NCBI GenBank assembly: GCA_963737575.1
Contig: CAVTTJ010000006.1
Span: forward strand, 20,620 to 84,619
Origin: an uncultured Solirubrobacterales bacterium
GTDB taxonomy: Bacteria; Actinomycetota; Thermoleophilia; Solirubrobacterales; 70-9
Direction of reading: 5' to 3'
DNA: 64,000 nucleotides
Part shown: positions 38,138-47,985 of the stretch, one piece after another
Layout of the letters: the number at the start of each line of letters is the position of its first letter
Numbering within the stretch: the first letter of the stretch is position 1
Translations under genes and position numbers: made by a program
Notes under the pieces: generated by a model
The model's database searches: none
What the model saw: only the letters and a program-made list of their open reading frames with translations
Told to the model about the DNA's origin: nothing

Positions 38138-38713
38138 ATGTTCCCTCTCAACCTCCCCAACGCGTTGACCATGCTCCGGATCCTCGCGGTGCCGGTCGTG
38201 GTGGTGACCCTGCTCGGGGAGACCTCGAACGGCGACGCCCTCGCCGCCGGTGTTTTCGCTCTCGCGGCGCTGACCGACGGGCTCGACGGCTACTTCGCCC
38301 GCTCCCGCGATGCGGTGACGACCTTCGGCAAGCTGATGGACCCGATCGCCGACAAGCTCCTGATCGCCGCCGCGCTCATCTCGCTCGTCTCGCTCGACCG
38401 TCTCGCCGCCTGGGTGGCGATGGTGATCATCGCCCGCGAGTTCGCCGTGACCGTCATGCGGGCGATTGCCGTCGAGCGCGGGATCGTGATCTCGGCGAGC
38501 TGGCTCGGCAAGCTGAAGACGGTTCTCCAGATCGCCGCCGTCTTCGCCCTGATCGCGGCCAACCCTGCGCCGGCCTGGGTCGACGCCCTCGTCTACCTGG
38601 CGGTCGCGGTGACCCTGATCAGCGGCGCCGACTACTTCTTCGGCCTCCGTCGACGACTCTCAGAGCGGTCGCATATGGCGACGACCGAAGGCCGGAGCCA
38701 TGGGCGGAATTGA
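38138..38713 (+). CDS. pgsA: CDP-diacylglycerol--glycerol-3-phosphate 3-phosphatidyltransferase
   Basis: Carries the CDP-alcohol phosphatidyltransferase motif DGLDGYFAR....TTFGKLMDPIADK. Confidence 0.85.
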   Translation: MFPLNLPNALTMLRILAVPVVVVTLLGETSNGDALAAGVFALAALTDGLDGYFARSRDAVTTFGKLMDPIADKLLIAAALISLVSLDRLAAWVAMVIIAREFAVTVMRAIAVERGIVISASWLGKLKTVLQIAAVFALIAANPAPAWVDALVYLAVAVTLISGADYFFGLRRRLSERSHMATTEGRSHGRN

Positions 38714-38769
38714 TTCGGCGTCAGCCGGCGCCGATCACAGTCTGATTCCCCTCGGCGCCGGGCTGACGC

Positions 38770-39774
38770 CTATGTCGCCGGAGCCTCCAGCCACTCGCGC
38801 CTCGTGAGGTGGCGGCGCTGATGCTCGCCGCCCTCCAGCTCCTCGCGCAGGTCCTCTAGCTTGCCGTAGCGCTCGGCGACGACGTTGTGGCGGTGAATCG
38901 TCTCGAGGTTTTCCTGGCGCGCCATCACGAACGCCTCCCCAGGCAGGTCGGGGTAGCCCTCGACCACCTGGCGCAGCATCTCCCGAACGCAGTCCTCGAC
39001 GAAGCGGGGGTTGGCGTGGGCCTTCTCGACCACCGAGAGCTCGTCGGGGCGCTTCATCAGCTCGTAGATCTCCGAGCTCATCGAGGTCTCGACGATCCGC
39101 AGCAGCTCCGGGGCGTCGATCCAGCTCGGCCCGCCCTCCGGGCAGCCGATGTGGAGCGTGCCGATCCCTCGCTGGTTGTGGGTGGCGATCGGCACCGCCT
39201 CGATCGCGGTCTCGATCTGCTCGGCGTCGAAGCCGCCCTCGGCCAGCCGTTCGCGGGCCACGCCGGCGACCATCTCCTGCGCGCAGGGGCATGCGGTCAT
39301 GCCCTGGGCCTGGACCCCGGTCAGCGTCCGCGTCCCTCGCAGCGAGGCCACCGCGGTCCCGAACAGCGTGTAGATCTCCTGGGTTCGGATGCCGCTCTCG
39401 GGGGTGGTCACCGTCTGCGGGTAGCGCGCCGTGACCGACACCTCGGCCCGGAGCCCGCCCTGGCGCTCGCGCACGTTCTGGGCGATGTGGGTCGCGAGGA
39501 CCTCGGCGCGAAAGGCCTCGCCGAGGACGACCTCGTCGATCGCCTCGGCGACGATTTCCTCGAACCGGGACATGTGGACCCCGGCCTGGCGCGGGTTGAG
39601 ATCGACGAAGCACTCGAAGTCGGCGTGGAAGAGGTTCTCGGCGCCGTCGGTCTTGACCCGGATCACCTTCTCGACCCCGGTGACGCCGACCCGGGAGAGG
39701 CTGACCATCGTCTCCGGGGTCCCGGCCTGGATGTCGGTGGCGGTGGGCGAGACCGTGCTCGGGCGAGTTGCCAT
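38770..39774 (-). CDS. folE2: GTP cyclohydrolase I type 2 (FolE2/MptA family)
   Basis: Family blocks are present: [22 protein letters not shown]. Confidence 0.85.
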   Translation of the reverse strand: MATRPSTVSPTATDIQAGTPETMVSLSRVGVTGVEKVIRVKTDGAENLFHADFECFVDLNPRQAGVHMSRFEEIVAEAIDEVVLGEAFRAEVLATHIAQNVRERQGGLRAEVSVTARYPQTVTTPESGIRTQEIYTLFGTAVASLRGTRTLTGVQAQGMTACPCAQEMVAGVARERLAEGGFDAEQIETAIEAVPIATHNQRGIGTLHIGCPEGGPSWIDAPELLRIVETSMSSEIYELMKRPDELSVVEKAHANPRFVEDCVREMLRQVVEGYPDLPGEAFVMARQENLETIHRHNVVAERYGKLEDLREELEGGEHQRRHLTRREWLEAPAT

Positions 39775-39905
39775 CGGCCCAAAGGTTAGACGGCGGGGGG
39801 CCTCGGCAGTCGAGACTATCTCCCTATACTTCGGCCTTGCCGGAGCGTTGGGGCCGGCACCCCGGAGGGGGGAGACGTTGCACCGGAGGCAGTGAGATCG
39901 AGCCG

Positions 39906-41030
39906 TTGGAGACTGTCCCAGAGGGACTGGATCAGGATTCGGGTGCCCAGCCGTTCGCAGACCAGGAGGAGCTGCGAGGGCTGATCGCGCTGGGCCGCGA
40001 GCGCGGTTACCTGACCTTCGAGCAGATCGCCTCGACTCTCGAGGAGGTCGAGGTGACCAAGGAGCAGGTCAGCGGACTGCATGCCCATCTCGTCGAGAAC
40101 GGGGTCGAGGTCATCTCCGAAGACGGCGTCAGCGCCTACAAAGAGCAGCGCGAAGAGGCGGCAAACGGGCAGCCGAAGAAACCCGAGCTCGACCTGACGA
40201 TCGAACCGAGCCTCGACTCGCTCCGGCTCTACCTTCGGTCGATCGGGAAAGTCGACCTCCTGACCGCGGCGGAGGAGGTCGAGCTGGCGAAGCGGATCGA
40301 GCGCGGCGACATGCTCGCCAAGCGGCAGATGGTCGAGGCCAACCTGCGCCTCGTAGTCTCGATCGCGAAAGGGTATCTGGGGCGCGGGCTCAGCTTTCTC
40401 GACCTGATCCAGGAGGGTTCGCTGGGGCTGATCCGCGCGGTCGAGAAGTTCGACTATCGCCGCGGCTACAAGTTCTCCACCTACGCAACCTGGTGGATCC
40501 GCCAGGCGGTGACGCGGGCGATCGCCGACAAGGCGCGGACGATCAGGATCCCCGTGCACATGGTCGAGAAGCTGAACCGGGTCGCCCACGTCGAGCGCCA
40601 GCTGGTCCAGCGCCTCGGGCGCGAGCCGGAGGCGGCCGAGATCGCCGTCGAGCTGCGCTGGCCGATCGGCGACGTGCGCGAGATCCTGCGGGTCGCGCAG
40701 CTGCCGGTCTCGCTCGAGAAACCGGTCGGGGACGAGGACGAGTCGGAGCTCGGCGACTTCGTCGCCGACGAGGCGGTCGCCGAGCCGTTCGAGGAGGCGA
40801 GCGAACACCTGCAGAAGGAGGGGGTGCGCAAAGCGCTCGACGCGCTGCCCGAACGCGAGCGGCAGGTGATCGAGCTCCGCTACGGCCTCTCCGGGCTCGA
40901 ACCGCTGACCCTCGAGGAGGTCGGCCGGACCTTCGGGGTGACCCGCGAGCGGGTCCGCCAGATCGAGAACAGCACGCTGAAAAAGCTGCAGCGCCTGCCC
41001 GAGGCGCAGATGCTGCGCGAGACAGCCTAG
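39906..41030 (+). CDS. RNA polymerase sigma-70 factor, RpoD family (group 1 or 2)
   Basis: Regions 1.2 to 4.2 are intact: [95 protein letters not shown]. The start is uncertain. I chose TTG 39906, because the ATG at 39768 would overlap the divergent folE2 start. Confidence 0.85.
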   Translation: METVPEGLDQDSGAQPFADQEELRGLIALGRERGYLTFEQIASTLEEVEVTKEQVSGLHAHLVENGVEVISEDGVSAYKEQREEAANGQPKKPELDLTIEPSLDSLRLYLRSIGKVDLLTAAEEVELAKRIERGDMLAKRQMVEANLRLVVSIAKGYLGRGLSFLDLIQEGSLGLIRAVEKFDYRRGYKFSTYATWWIRQAVTRAIADKARTIRIPVHMVEKLNRVAHVERQLVQRLGREPEAAEIAVELRWPIGDVREILRVAQLPVSLEKPVGDEDESELGDFVADEAVAEPFEEASEHLQKEGVRKALDALPERERQVIELRYGLSGLEPLTLEEVGRTFGVTRERVRQIENSTLKKLQRLPEAQMLRETA

Positions 41031-41530
41031 GCGGGATCGAGCACGAAGACCGCGATCTCGCGGTCGAGCTTCTCCGCGTATTCGTCGAAGCCCGAGTACT
41101 GGACGTTGTGCTTGCGCCAGAGGTCTGCGCGCTCCTCGCCATCGGCGACCCTGGCCCGCACCCGCTGCTTTCTGCTCCCGATCTCGACGTCGGCGTCCGG
41201 GTTGGCCATCAGGTTCAGCGACCAGGCCGGCCTCGGCGCGTTGCCGGCGTTGGTATTGATGACGACTAACCGGCCCTCGTCCTCGAGGTAGACGACGGGA
41301 CACGTCCGAAGCTGCCCGGATTTGCGGCCGGTCGTCGTCAGCAGGAGGACCGGCGCTCTGCCGACCTTCCCCCCTATCCGGCCGCGCGAGAGCCTGTAGA
41401 GAGGCGTGTTCAGCTTCCCGGTCCAGCGCAGCCCCGTCGCCCCGAGCGACATCGAGAGGCGCGAGTAGAAACGGTCGCGAGGCACGACCGCGAGTATCTC
41501 AGAGCCGGCGCGTGGCGCCTTTCCCGTCAT
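41027..41530 (-). CDS. deazaflavin (F420H2)-dependent nitroreductase family (Ddn-like)
   Basis: Carries [50 protein letters not shown] and a C-terminal [11 protein letters not shown]. Confidence 0.8.
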   Translation of the reverse strand: MTGKAPRAGSEILAVVPRDRFYSRLSMSLGATGLRWTGKLNTPLYRLSRGRIGGKVGRAPVLLLTTTGRKSGQLRTCPVVYLEDEGRLVVINTNAGNAPRPAWSLNLMANPDADVEIGSRKQRVRARVADGEERADLWRKHNVQYSGFDEYAEKLDREIAVFVLDPA

Positions 41531-41579
41531 ATGGACGGGAAAAGCGCCAGGCCCGACCAATTAGAATCACCAAGTTCCC

Positions 41580-41661
41580 GGGGGAGTGTCCGAGTGGTTA
41601 AAGGAGATTGGCTGTAAACCAATTGGCTCTGCCTACGCAGGTTCGAATCCTGCCTCCCCCA
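41580..41661 (+). tRNA. tRNA-Tyr (anticodon GUA), long variable arm
   Basis: The sequence is GGGGGAG TG TCCGAGTGGTTAAAGGA G ATTGG CTGTAAA CCAAT TGGCTCTGCCTAC GCAGG TTCGAAT CCTGC CTCCCCC A. No CCA is encoded. Confidence 0.9.
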
Positions 41662-42217
41662 TCAGTAGCCGGGTTCCAGCTGATATGCCGGATCCGTCGG
41701 CGGCGGCCCGCTCAGTTCCGCTTTCGTGAGATCCACCTTTCCCTCCTTCGGGGAAAAGGCTGACCACGCGGTTGCCTGCAAGTTCCACGAGCGCACTGAG
41801 CCGGCCGACGTGACTCGCTGAGACAAGGACGTGCCCACAAAGGGGCGGCGTATCAGCAGGCGCCTTGGCGTTCGGGTGGATGATCGTCGGCAGCCGCTCG
41901 TCCGTCAGAAGGGCGGGTGGTCGCAGATCCACTTCGACAGCTGCGCCATACAGCGCGTTCGCATTTTCCGTCCATGGGGTCACTCCGGCAAATGAGAGCC
42001 GTCGTCCGGCGGCGATCCGCCGGACGAGCTCGTCCTGCCTGACGATTGACTTGAGTCGGCGCGTGGTTTCGGGTGGGAGTGGATTTCGTACAAAGTGCCC
42101 AGAGGGACGGAGGTTGCAAGCCGTCAGTCCGGTCGAATCCGAGCTGCCGCCGCACCCGGCCGCGATCAGAGAACAGGCGAGAGCCACGGGGATCGAGAGC
42201 CGGCTGCCGCGAAGCAC
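41633..42217 (-). CDS. lipoprotein of unknown function
   Basis: Lipobox SLIAAGC after MLRGSRLSIPVALAC. The last 29 nt overlap tRNA-Tyr on the opposite strand. Confidence 0.55.
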   Translation of the reverse strand: MLRGSRLSIPVALACSLIAAGCGGSSDSTGLTACNLRPSGHFVRNPLPPETTRRLKSIVRQDELVRRIAAGRRLSFAGVTPWTENANALYGAAVEVDLRPPALLTDERLPTIIHPNAKAPADTPPLCGHVLVSASHVGRLSALVELAGNRVVSLFPEGGKGGSHESGTERAAADGSGISAGTRLLMGEAGFEPA

Positions 42218-42264
42218 GGCGCCAGCCTAAAGCCGCGGGAGGCCGCTGCTGGGATGATGCCGCG

Positions 42265-42984
42265 ATGGGCTCGGCTTCTCTCAGTGGGCGCGTGATCGCG
42301 ATCGCCGGTATCGGCGGCGGGCTCGGGGCGGTCGTCGCCGAGCGGCTCGGCGGGGCTGGGGCGACCATCTGTGGGGCGGATCGCGAGCAGGCGCATGCCG
42401 ACGCTGTCGGCGCGGCGCTCGGTCTGCCGGAGGATCGCTGGGACTCCCGCGCCGTCGACCTTCTAGACGAGGACGGAGCGCGTGAGTGGTGCTCGGCGCT
42501 GATCGAGCGGTTCGGCCGCGTCGACGGCCTGATGCACCTGGTCGGCGGCTGGCGCGGGGGAGAGCCGCTGCACACGGCGCCGCTGGAGGACTGGGCGCTG
42601 CTCCAGGACCTCCTGATCCGCACCGTCCAGCACACCAGCCGCGCCTTCCACGACGCCCTCGTCGCGAGCGGCAGCGGCCGCTTCGTGCTGGTCTCGGCCA
42701 AGCAGGCGCAGGCGCCCTCCAACACCAACGCCGCCTACGCCGCGGCGAAGGCGGCGGCCGAGGCTTGGACTCTGGCGCTCGCCGACGGCTTCCCCGGCAC
42801 CGGCGCCACGGCCAACATCGTCGTCGTCGAGGCGATCCTTACCCAGCGGATGCGGGAGGAGAGCCCCGGTGAGGAGTTCCCCACCTTCACCCCCGCCGAG
42901 CACATCGCAGACGCGATCGCATTTCTCTGTTCGGACGCGGCCGCGGAGATGAATGGGCAGCGATTGCTGCTAACGATGGGGTAG
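42265..42984 (+). CDS. SDR family oxidoreductase
   Basis: Carries a degenerate GxxxGxG motif AGIGGGLGAVV and the catalytic motif YAAAKAA. Confidence 0.75.
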   Translation: MGSASLSGRVIAIAGIGGGLGAVVAERLGGAGATICGADREQAHADAVGAALGLPEDRWDSRAVDLLDEDGAREWCSALIERFGRVDGLMHLVGGWRGGEPLHTAPLEDWALLQDLLIRTVQHTSRAFHDALVASGSGRFVLVSAKQAQAPSNTNAAYAAAKAAAEAWTLALADGFPGTGATANIVVVEAILTQRMREESPGEEFPTFTPAEHIADAIAFLCSDAAAEMNGQRLLLTMG

Positions 42985-43740
42985 ATGGCGAAGCCTGCCG
43001 AGGGGGAGATGACGATCAGGGAGCTGGCGGAGCGGACCGGGATGAGCGTCCGCAACATCCGCGCCCACCAGACACGCGGCCTGCTGCCGCCGCCGGTGGT
43101 CCGCGGCCGCACCGGCTACTACAACGAGGAGCACGTCGTCAGGATCGAGCTGACCCGCGAAATGCAGGCCGACGGCCTCAACCTCGAGGCGATCCGGCGC
43201 GTCCTCGAAAGCGGCGACGGATCGGCGGCGGCGATTTCTGACTTCACCCGCCAGCTGCGGGCTCCGTTCGAAGACGAGGCGCCGGAGATCGTCGAGGGGG
43301 GCGAGATCGCCGGGATCTGGGGCGAAGGGGCGAACCCGGAACGCCGCGAGCGGGCCGAAAAGATCGGCCTCGTCCGGACCCTGCCCGATGGCAGGATCGA
43401 GATCATCAGCCCGAGCATGCTGCGGGCGGCCGCCGAGCTGGCGGGGCTCGGGATCGGCCCGGAGGCGGCGCTCACGGTCGCCGAGAAGCTGAAACGCCAC
43501 GCCGACGGCTCGGCCCGCGCCTTCGTCGACCTCTTCTCGAAGGAGCTCTGGGGACCGTTCGAGGAGGCGGGCCACCCCGAGCACGACTGGCAGCGGATGA
43601 GCGAGGCCCTCGAACGGCTGCGGCCGCTGGCAGCGGGCACGGTGCTGGCGATGTTCAAGATCGCGATGGGGGAGGCGGTCGAGAAAGAGAGCGAGCGGAC
43701 CCTGCGGCGAGCCGCCCGCAAGACGAAAAAGAGGGGCTAG
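42985..43740 (+). CDS. MerR family transcriptional regulator
   Basis: The HTH reads MTIRELAERTGMSVRNIRAHQTRGLLPPP. The start abuts the SDR stop (TAGATG). Confidence 0.8.
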   Translation: MAKPAEGEMTIRELAERTGMSVRNIRAHQTRGLLPPPVVRGRTGYYNEEHVVRIELTREMQADGLNLEAIRRVLESGDGSAAAISDFTRQLRAPFEDEAPEIVEGGEIAGIWGEGANPERRERAEKIGLVRTLPDGRIEIISPSMLRAAAELAGLGIGPEAALTVAEKLKRHADGSARAFVDLFSKELWGPFEEAGHPEHDWQRMSEALERLRPLAAGTVLAMFKIAMGEAVEKESERTLRRAARKTKKRG

Positions 43741-43802
43741 GCCGGAATTTGCGGACGGGGGCGGCCGCCTGGCCGCCGAGCGCGAACGGATAATTTCCGC
43801 CC

Positions 43803-44975
43803 ATGAGCGATGCAGAGACAGCCACCGCCGGAGTCGCCGGCGGCCGCGCGCCTGAGGCGCTGGCCGGTGTCCTGCCCTCGCAGGAGCTGACCCGGGCGGT
43901 CGAGGCCGAATGGGTCAACTCGGGCGACTACCGGATCCGCCCCGAGGCGATCCAGCCGGCGAGCATCGACCTCCGCCTCGGCGACTTCGCCTGGGCGCTG
44001 CGCTGCAGCTTCCTCCCCGACATCGACTCGACCGTTGAGGAGAAGACCGAGGGCCTCGCGTTCCAGAAAATCGACCTCCGCGACGGCGCCGTCCTCGAGC
44101 GCGACCGGCCCTACCTGGTTCCGCTGATCGAGGAGCTTGCGCTGCCCGACGACATCAGGGCCAAGGCCAACCCGAAGAGCTCGACCGGCCGGCTCGACGT
44201 CTTCACCCGCGTCCTCACCGACCGCCACCACCGCTTCGACGAGATCCGTCCGGGATACCACGGGCGCCTCTACCTGGAGGTGGTGCCGCGCTCCTACGCG
44301 ATCCAGGTCCAGACCGGTCTCTCGCTCAACCAGCTCCGCCTCGCCCGCGGCGAGGTCCGGCTCGGCGACGATGAGATCCGCAGCCTCCAGGCCGAGTTCC
44401 CGCTCCTCTACCTCGACTCGCACGCCCTGCGCGAGTCGGAGCTCGCCCTCGCCGACGGCCTCTTCCTCAGCGTCGACCTCTCCGGGCCGAGCGACAGGAT
44501 CGTCGGCTACCGGGCGAAGAAGAACAGCCTCCCGATCGACCTCTCGCGGATCCGGGCCTACCGCTGGACCGACTACTGGGACCCGGTCTTCCCGGAGTCA
44601 GGCGGGAGGATCGTGCTCGAGCCCGAGATCTTCTACCTGCTGCTCTCGGCCGAGGGCGTCTGCATACCGCCGCAGATCGCCGCCGAGATGATGGCCTACG
44701 ACCCGACCGCCGGCGAGCTCCGCACCCACTACGCGGGCTTCTTCGACCCCGGCTTCGGCTACGACCCGGCCGGCGACCGCCACGGCAGCCGCGCCGCGCT
44801 CGAGGTGCGGGCGCGCGACGTCTCGTTCATGGTCGAGCACCGCCAGCCGGTCTGCAAGTTGGCGCTGGAGCGGACCACGGCGCCGGCAGAGCGGCTCTAC
44901 GGGGCCGACATGGGCTCCAACTACCAGGGCCAGGTGACGATGCTCAGTAAGCACTTCGAGGAGCAGAGCGGATGA
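43803..44975 (+). CDS. 2'-deoxycytidine 5'-triphosphate deaminase, long two-domain DCD family
   Basis: At 390 aa it is about twice the length of a canonical Dcd. Blocks of the dUTPase-like fold are present: ASIDLRLG, KSSTGRLDVF, GFFDPGFG. Confidence 0.7.
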   Translation: MSDAETATAGVAGGRAPEALAGVLPSQELTRAVEAEWVNSGDYRIRPEAIQPASIDLRLGDFAWALRCSFLPDIDSTVEEKTEGLAFQKIDLRDGAVLERDRPYLVPLIEELALPDDIRAKANPKSSTGRLDVFTRVLTDRHHRFDEIRPGYHGRLYLEVVPRSYAIQVQTGLSLNQLRLARGEVRLGDDEIRSLQAEFPLLYLDSHALRESELALADGLFLSVDLSGPSDRIVGYRAKKNSLPIDLSRIRAYRWTDYWDPVFPESGGRIVLEPEIFYLLLSAEGVCIPPQIAAEMMAYDPTAGELRTHYAGFFDPGFGYDPAGDRHGSRAALEVRARDVSFMVEHRQPVCKLALERTTAPAERLYGADMGSNYQGQVTMLSKHFEEQSG

Positions 44976-45417
44976 GCGAGCGCACCCGCCGCCGGCGTGC
45001 GATCAGCTCCCCTTCCAGCTTCTCGATCTCATCCCGCCGCCGCCGGACCAGCTCGAGCTGTTTGGCGATGTGGTCGAGCGACTCGTCGAGGATCTCGCGC
45101 CGCCGGACGGGGTCCTCGACGCCGGCCTGCCACTCGCGGCGCAACGCCGCGCGGGCGTCCTCGGCGGTGACGAGCGCCTTCAGCTCCTCGAGCGAGACGC
45201 CGAGCAGGTCCTTGAGGCGGAGCAGCTCGGTCAGGCGCTCGACGTCGCCGCTCTGGTAGGTCCGGTGGGCGCCGGGCTCGCGGTCGCCGGCCGCGGGGAG
45301 GAGGCCGATCTCCTCGTAGTAGCGGATCGTGCGCGGCGTCGTCCCGGTCAGCTTCGCGACCTCGCCGATCCGAAGCTGCTCGCCGCCGGACCCGTTGCCA
45401 CCACTGCCCGCGCTCAT
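44944..45417 (-). CDS. MerR family transcriptional regulator
   Basis: Only the last 157 codons of the 636-aa ORF are real. The HTH reads LRIGEVAKLTGTTPRTIRYYEEIGLL. The ATGA overlap couples it to the upstream MFS gene. Confidence 0.8.
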   Translation of the reverse strand: MSAGSGGNGSGGEQLRIGEVAKLTGTTPRTIRYYEEIGLLPAAGDREPGAHRTYQSGDVERLTELLRLKDLLGVSLEELKALVTAEDARAALRREWQAGVEDPVRRREILDESLDHIAKQLELVRRRRDEIEKLEGELIARRRRVRSLIRSAPRSAY

Positions 45418-46964
45418 CGCACTGCCGCCTCTTCGAGCAGGGAGTCGTCGGCCGGGCCGGGTGCGGCGACGTGGCTCGGTCGCAGCAGCGAGACACCGGC
45501 GCCGATGACAGAGGTCGCGGCGAGGACCCAGAGCGCTGTGTGCATGTTGTGGATGAAGGGCGCCAGCTGGGCTTCGGTCAGACCGGAGGCGAGGCCGGAG
45601 AAGATCGCGAAGAGGACCTTCTGCGGCACCGCCGCGGTCACGATCGCGAGGACGAAGGCGATCGAGATCACGGCGCCGGTGTTCTGCAGCATCGTCCGCG
45701 CTCCGGCGGCGATCCCGCGGCGATCGGCGGGGACGGTCCCCATCATCGCCGCGGTGTTGGGCGAGTTGAACATCCCGGAGCCGATCCCGACGAGGCCGAG
45801 CCAGAGCCCGCTCTGCCAGTAGGCGCTGTCGGCCTGGAGCGTCGTCATCCCGGCGAGCGCGACGGCGCCGACGAGCATCCCGAGCGCGGCCAGCATCCGC
45901 GAACCGTGGCGGTCGGCCCAGATCCCGGCGAGGGGGGAGGCGATTAGCATCCCGATCGCCATCGGGGCGAGCTTGATCCCGGCGGTGATCGGGTCGTCTC
46001 CCTGGGCGCCCTGGAAGTAGAAGACGAAGATGAAGAGGAGGGCGAACCGCGAGAGCCCGTTGATGAACGCGGCGCCTGTCGCGGCGGCGAACATCCGGTT
46101 GCGGAAGATGCCGAGGTCGAGCATCGGGGCGCTGCCGCGGTGCTCGATCAGCACGAACAGCGGCAGCAGGATGACGCTGGCGATCAGCGACCCGATCACG
46201 AGCGGGTCGTTCCAGCCGGATATGCCTCCGCGCGAGATTCCGTAGACGAGGCCGGTGAGGCCGAGGACGAAGGTGGTCGTCCCGGCGAGGTCGAGGCCGC
46301 GGACGGGGTCGCGGGAGGAGAGCTCGCGCAGGACCAGGGCCGCCCAGAGCGCCCCGGCGAGGGCAAGCGGCACGTTGAACCAGAAGACCCAGTGCCACGA
46401 GATCGAGACGAGCGCGCCGCCGAGGACGGGGCCGATGACGAGCCCGATCGCGGCGACCATCGTGTTGGTGCCCATCGCGACCCCGAGCTGCTCCTTCGGG
46501 AATGCGTCGGTGACCAGGGCAGGGCCGTTGGCGAAGATGAAGGCGCCGCCGATCCCCTGCGCGATCCGCCACAGGATCAGCTCGGTGCCCGATGAGGAGA
46601 ATCCGGCACCGAGCGAGGCGGCGGCGAAGACGACGAAGGCGCCGACGAATGCCGTCTTGCGGCCGAAGAGGTCGGAGAGGCGGCCGGCGGTCAGGACCAG
46701 CACGGTCGAGGAGATCATGTAGGCGAGGATCACCCAGACGAGCTGTAGGAGCGAGGTCCCGAGCGAGCGCTCGAGATCGGGAAGGGCGATGATCAGCGTC
46801 CCGGAGTTGGTGGCGACGAGGAGCATTCCGAGGCTGGTGCAGGAGAGGGCCCACCAGCGGTAGTGCTCGTGGTCGGCATCGACCCCGAGACTCGATCGGC
46901 GACGATCAAATCTCTTTCTTACGTTCACGTCAATTAGTCTAGCGCGGAGCGAAGCTGCCCGCAA
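45414..46964 (-). CDS. MFS transporter, DHA2 (EmrB/QacA-like, 14-TM)
   Basis: Carries MFS motif A (GRLSDLFGRK) and motif C-like (GIGGAFIFANGPALV). An alternative GTG start lies at 46928. Confidence 0.85.
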   Translation of the reverse strand: MRAASLRARLIDVNVRKRFDRRRSSLGVDADHEHYRWWALSCTSLGMLLVATNSGTLIIALPDLERSLGTSLLQLVWVILAYMISSTVLVLTAGRLSDLFGRKTAFVGAFVVFAAASLGAGFSSSGTELILWRIAQGIGGAFIFANGPALVTDAFPKEQLGVAMGTNTMVAAIGLVIGPVLGGALVSISWHWVFWFNVPLALAGALWAALVLRELSSRDPVRGLDLAGTTTFVLGLTGLVYGISRGGISGWNDPLVIGSLIASVILLPLFVLIEHRGSAPMLDLGIFRNRMFAAATGAAFINGLSRFALLFIFVFYFQGAQGDDPITAGIKLAPMAIGMLIASPLAGIWADRHGSRMLAALGMLVGAVALAGMTTLQADSAYWQSGLWLGLVGIGSGMFNSPNTAAMMGTVPADRRGIAAGARTMLQNTGAVISIAFVLAIVTAAVPQKVLFAIFSGLASGLTEAQLAPFIHNMHTALWVLAATSVIGAGVSLLRPSHVAAPGPADDSLLEEAAVR

Positions 46965-46984
46965 GCCGTCCGGGGCGGCATAGG

Positions 46985-47455
46985 ATGAGGGCGATGGCCG
47001 AGCGCACCTGGCAGGTCTATCTCTCCGGGGAGATCCACTCTGACTGGCGCGAGAGGATCGAGGCCGGTCTCGGCGAGGCGGGCCTCCCGGTCGAGTTCTC
47101 GGCGCCGGTCACCGATCATTCCGCCTCCGATGACGCCGGGGTCGGCACCCTGGGCGAGGAGAGCGAGCCGTTCTGGCGCGACCACATGGGCGCCGGCGTC
47201 AACGCGATCAGGACCCAGACCCTGATCCGCGCCGCCGACGTCGTCGTCGTCCGCTTCGGTGACAAATACAGGCAGTGGAACGCGGCTTTCGACGCCGGCT
47301 ACGCCGCCGCGCTCGGCAAGCCCTACGTGACCCTCCACGACGCTGAGCTCGACCACGCGCTGAAGGAGGTCGACCGCGCCGCCCAGGGGACGGCGCGGAG
47401 CGCCGAGCAGGTCGTCGACGTCCTCCGCTACGTGATCCGCGGCGAGCTGCCGTAA
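46985..47455 (+). CDS. YtoQ family protein (nucleoside 2-deoxyribosyltransferase-like fold)
   Basis: VYLSGEIHSDWRERIE and KYRQWNAAFDAGYAAALGKP are collinear with B. subtilis YtoQ as I recall it. Confidence 0.7.
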   Translation: MRAMAERTWQVYLSGEIHSDWRERIEAGLGEAGLPVEFSAPVTDHSASDDAGVGTLGEESEPFWRDHMGAGVNAIRTQTLIRAADVVVVRFGDKYRQWNAAFDAGYAAALGKPYVTLHDAELDHALKEVDRAAQGTARSAEQVVDVLRYVIRGELP

Positions 47456-47462
47456 TTTGGTC

Positions 47463-47948
47463 ATGTCCGCCGACGCCAACCGGGCCCTGATCGAGCGCTT
47501 CTACGCTGCCTTCGGGCGCACCGACGGTGCCGAGATGACCGCCTGCTACGCCGACGACGCGCATTTCCGCGACCCGGCCTTCGGCGATCTGCAGGGCGAC
47601 GAGGTGGGGGCGATGTGGCGGATGCTGACCGAGCGCGCGACCGACCTCGTGATCGAGCTCCACGAGCACGACGCCGATGAGGACCGGGGAAGCGCCCACT
47701 GGATCGCCCGCTACACGTTCACCGGCGGCCATCCGGTCGTCAACGACATCAGGGCGACCTTCCGCTTCGCCGACGGCCTGATCGCCGATCACGTCGATGA
47801 TTTCGACTTCCGGCGCTGGGCCCGCCAGGCGCTCGGGCCGTCCGGGATCGCCGTCGGCCTGCTGCCGCCGCTGCGCAACGCGGCCCGCCGCAAAGCCCGC
47901 GCCCAGCTCGACGAGTTCATGCAGGCCGAGAGCGCCAGGGGGCCGTAG
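47463..47948 (+). CDS. NTF2/SnoaL-like family protein
   Basis: The opening NRALIERFYAAFGRTDGAEMTACYADDAHFRDPAFG is typical of SnoaL_2. Confidence 0.7.
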   Translation: MSADANRALIERFYAAFGRTDGAEMTACYADDAHFRDPAFGDLQGDEVGAMWRMLTERATDLVIELHEHDADEDRGSAHWIARYTFTGGHPVVNDIRATFRFADGLIADHVDDFDFRRWARQALGPSGIAVGLLPPLRNAARRKARAQLDEFMQAESARGP

Positions 47949-47970
47949 CCCGTTCCGTCTTCGGTGCATG

Positions 47971-47984
47971 CGAACATATGTTCG
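47971..47984. promoter_or_regulatory. candidate LexA (SOS/Cheo) box
   Basis: CGAACATATGTTCG is a perfect palindrome matching the Gram-positive/actinobacterial GAAC-N4-GTTC core. It lies 2 nt upstream of ATG 47986. Confidence 0.6.
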
Positions 47985-47985
47985 T

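Noticed and set aside
45418-46854. Upstream 480 codons of the 636-aa ORF 44944..46854
   Set aside because: This is an off-frame shadow of the MFS transporter gene. Only the last 157 codons (the MerR HTH protein) are real.
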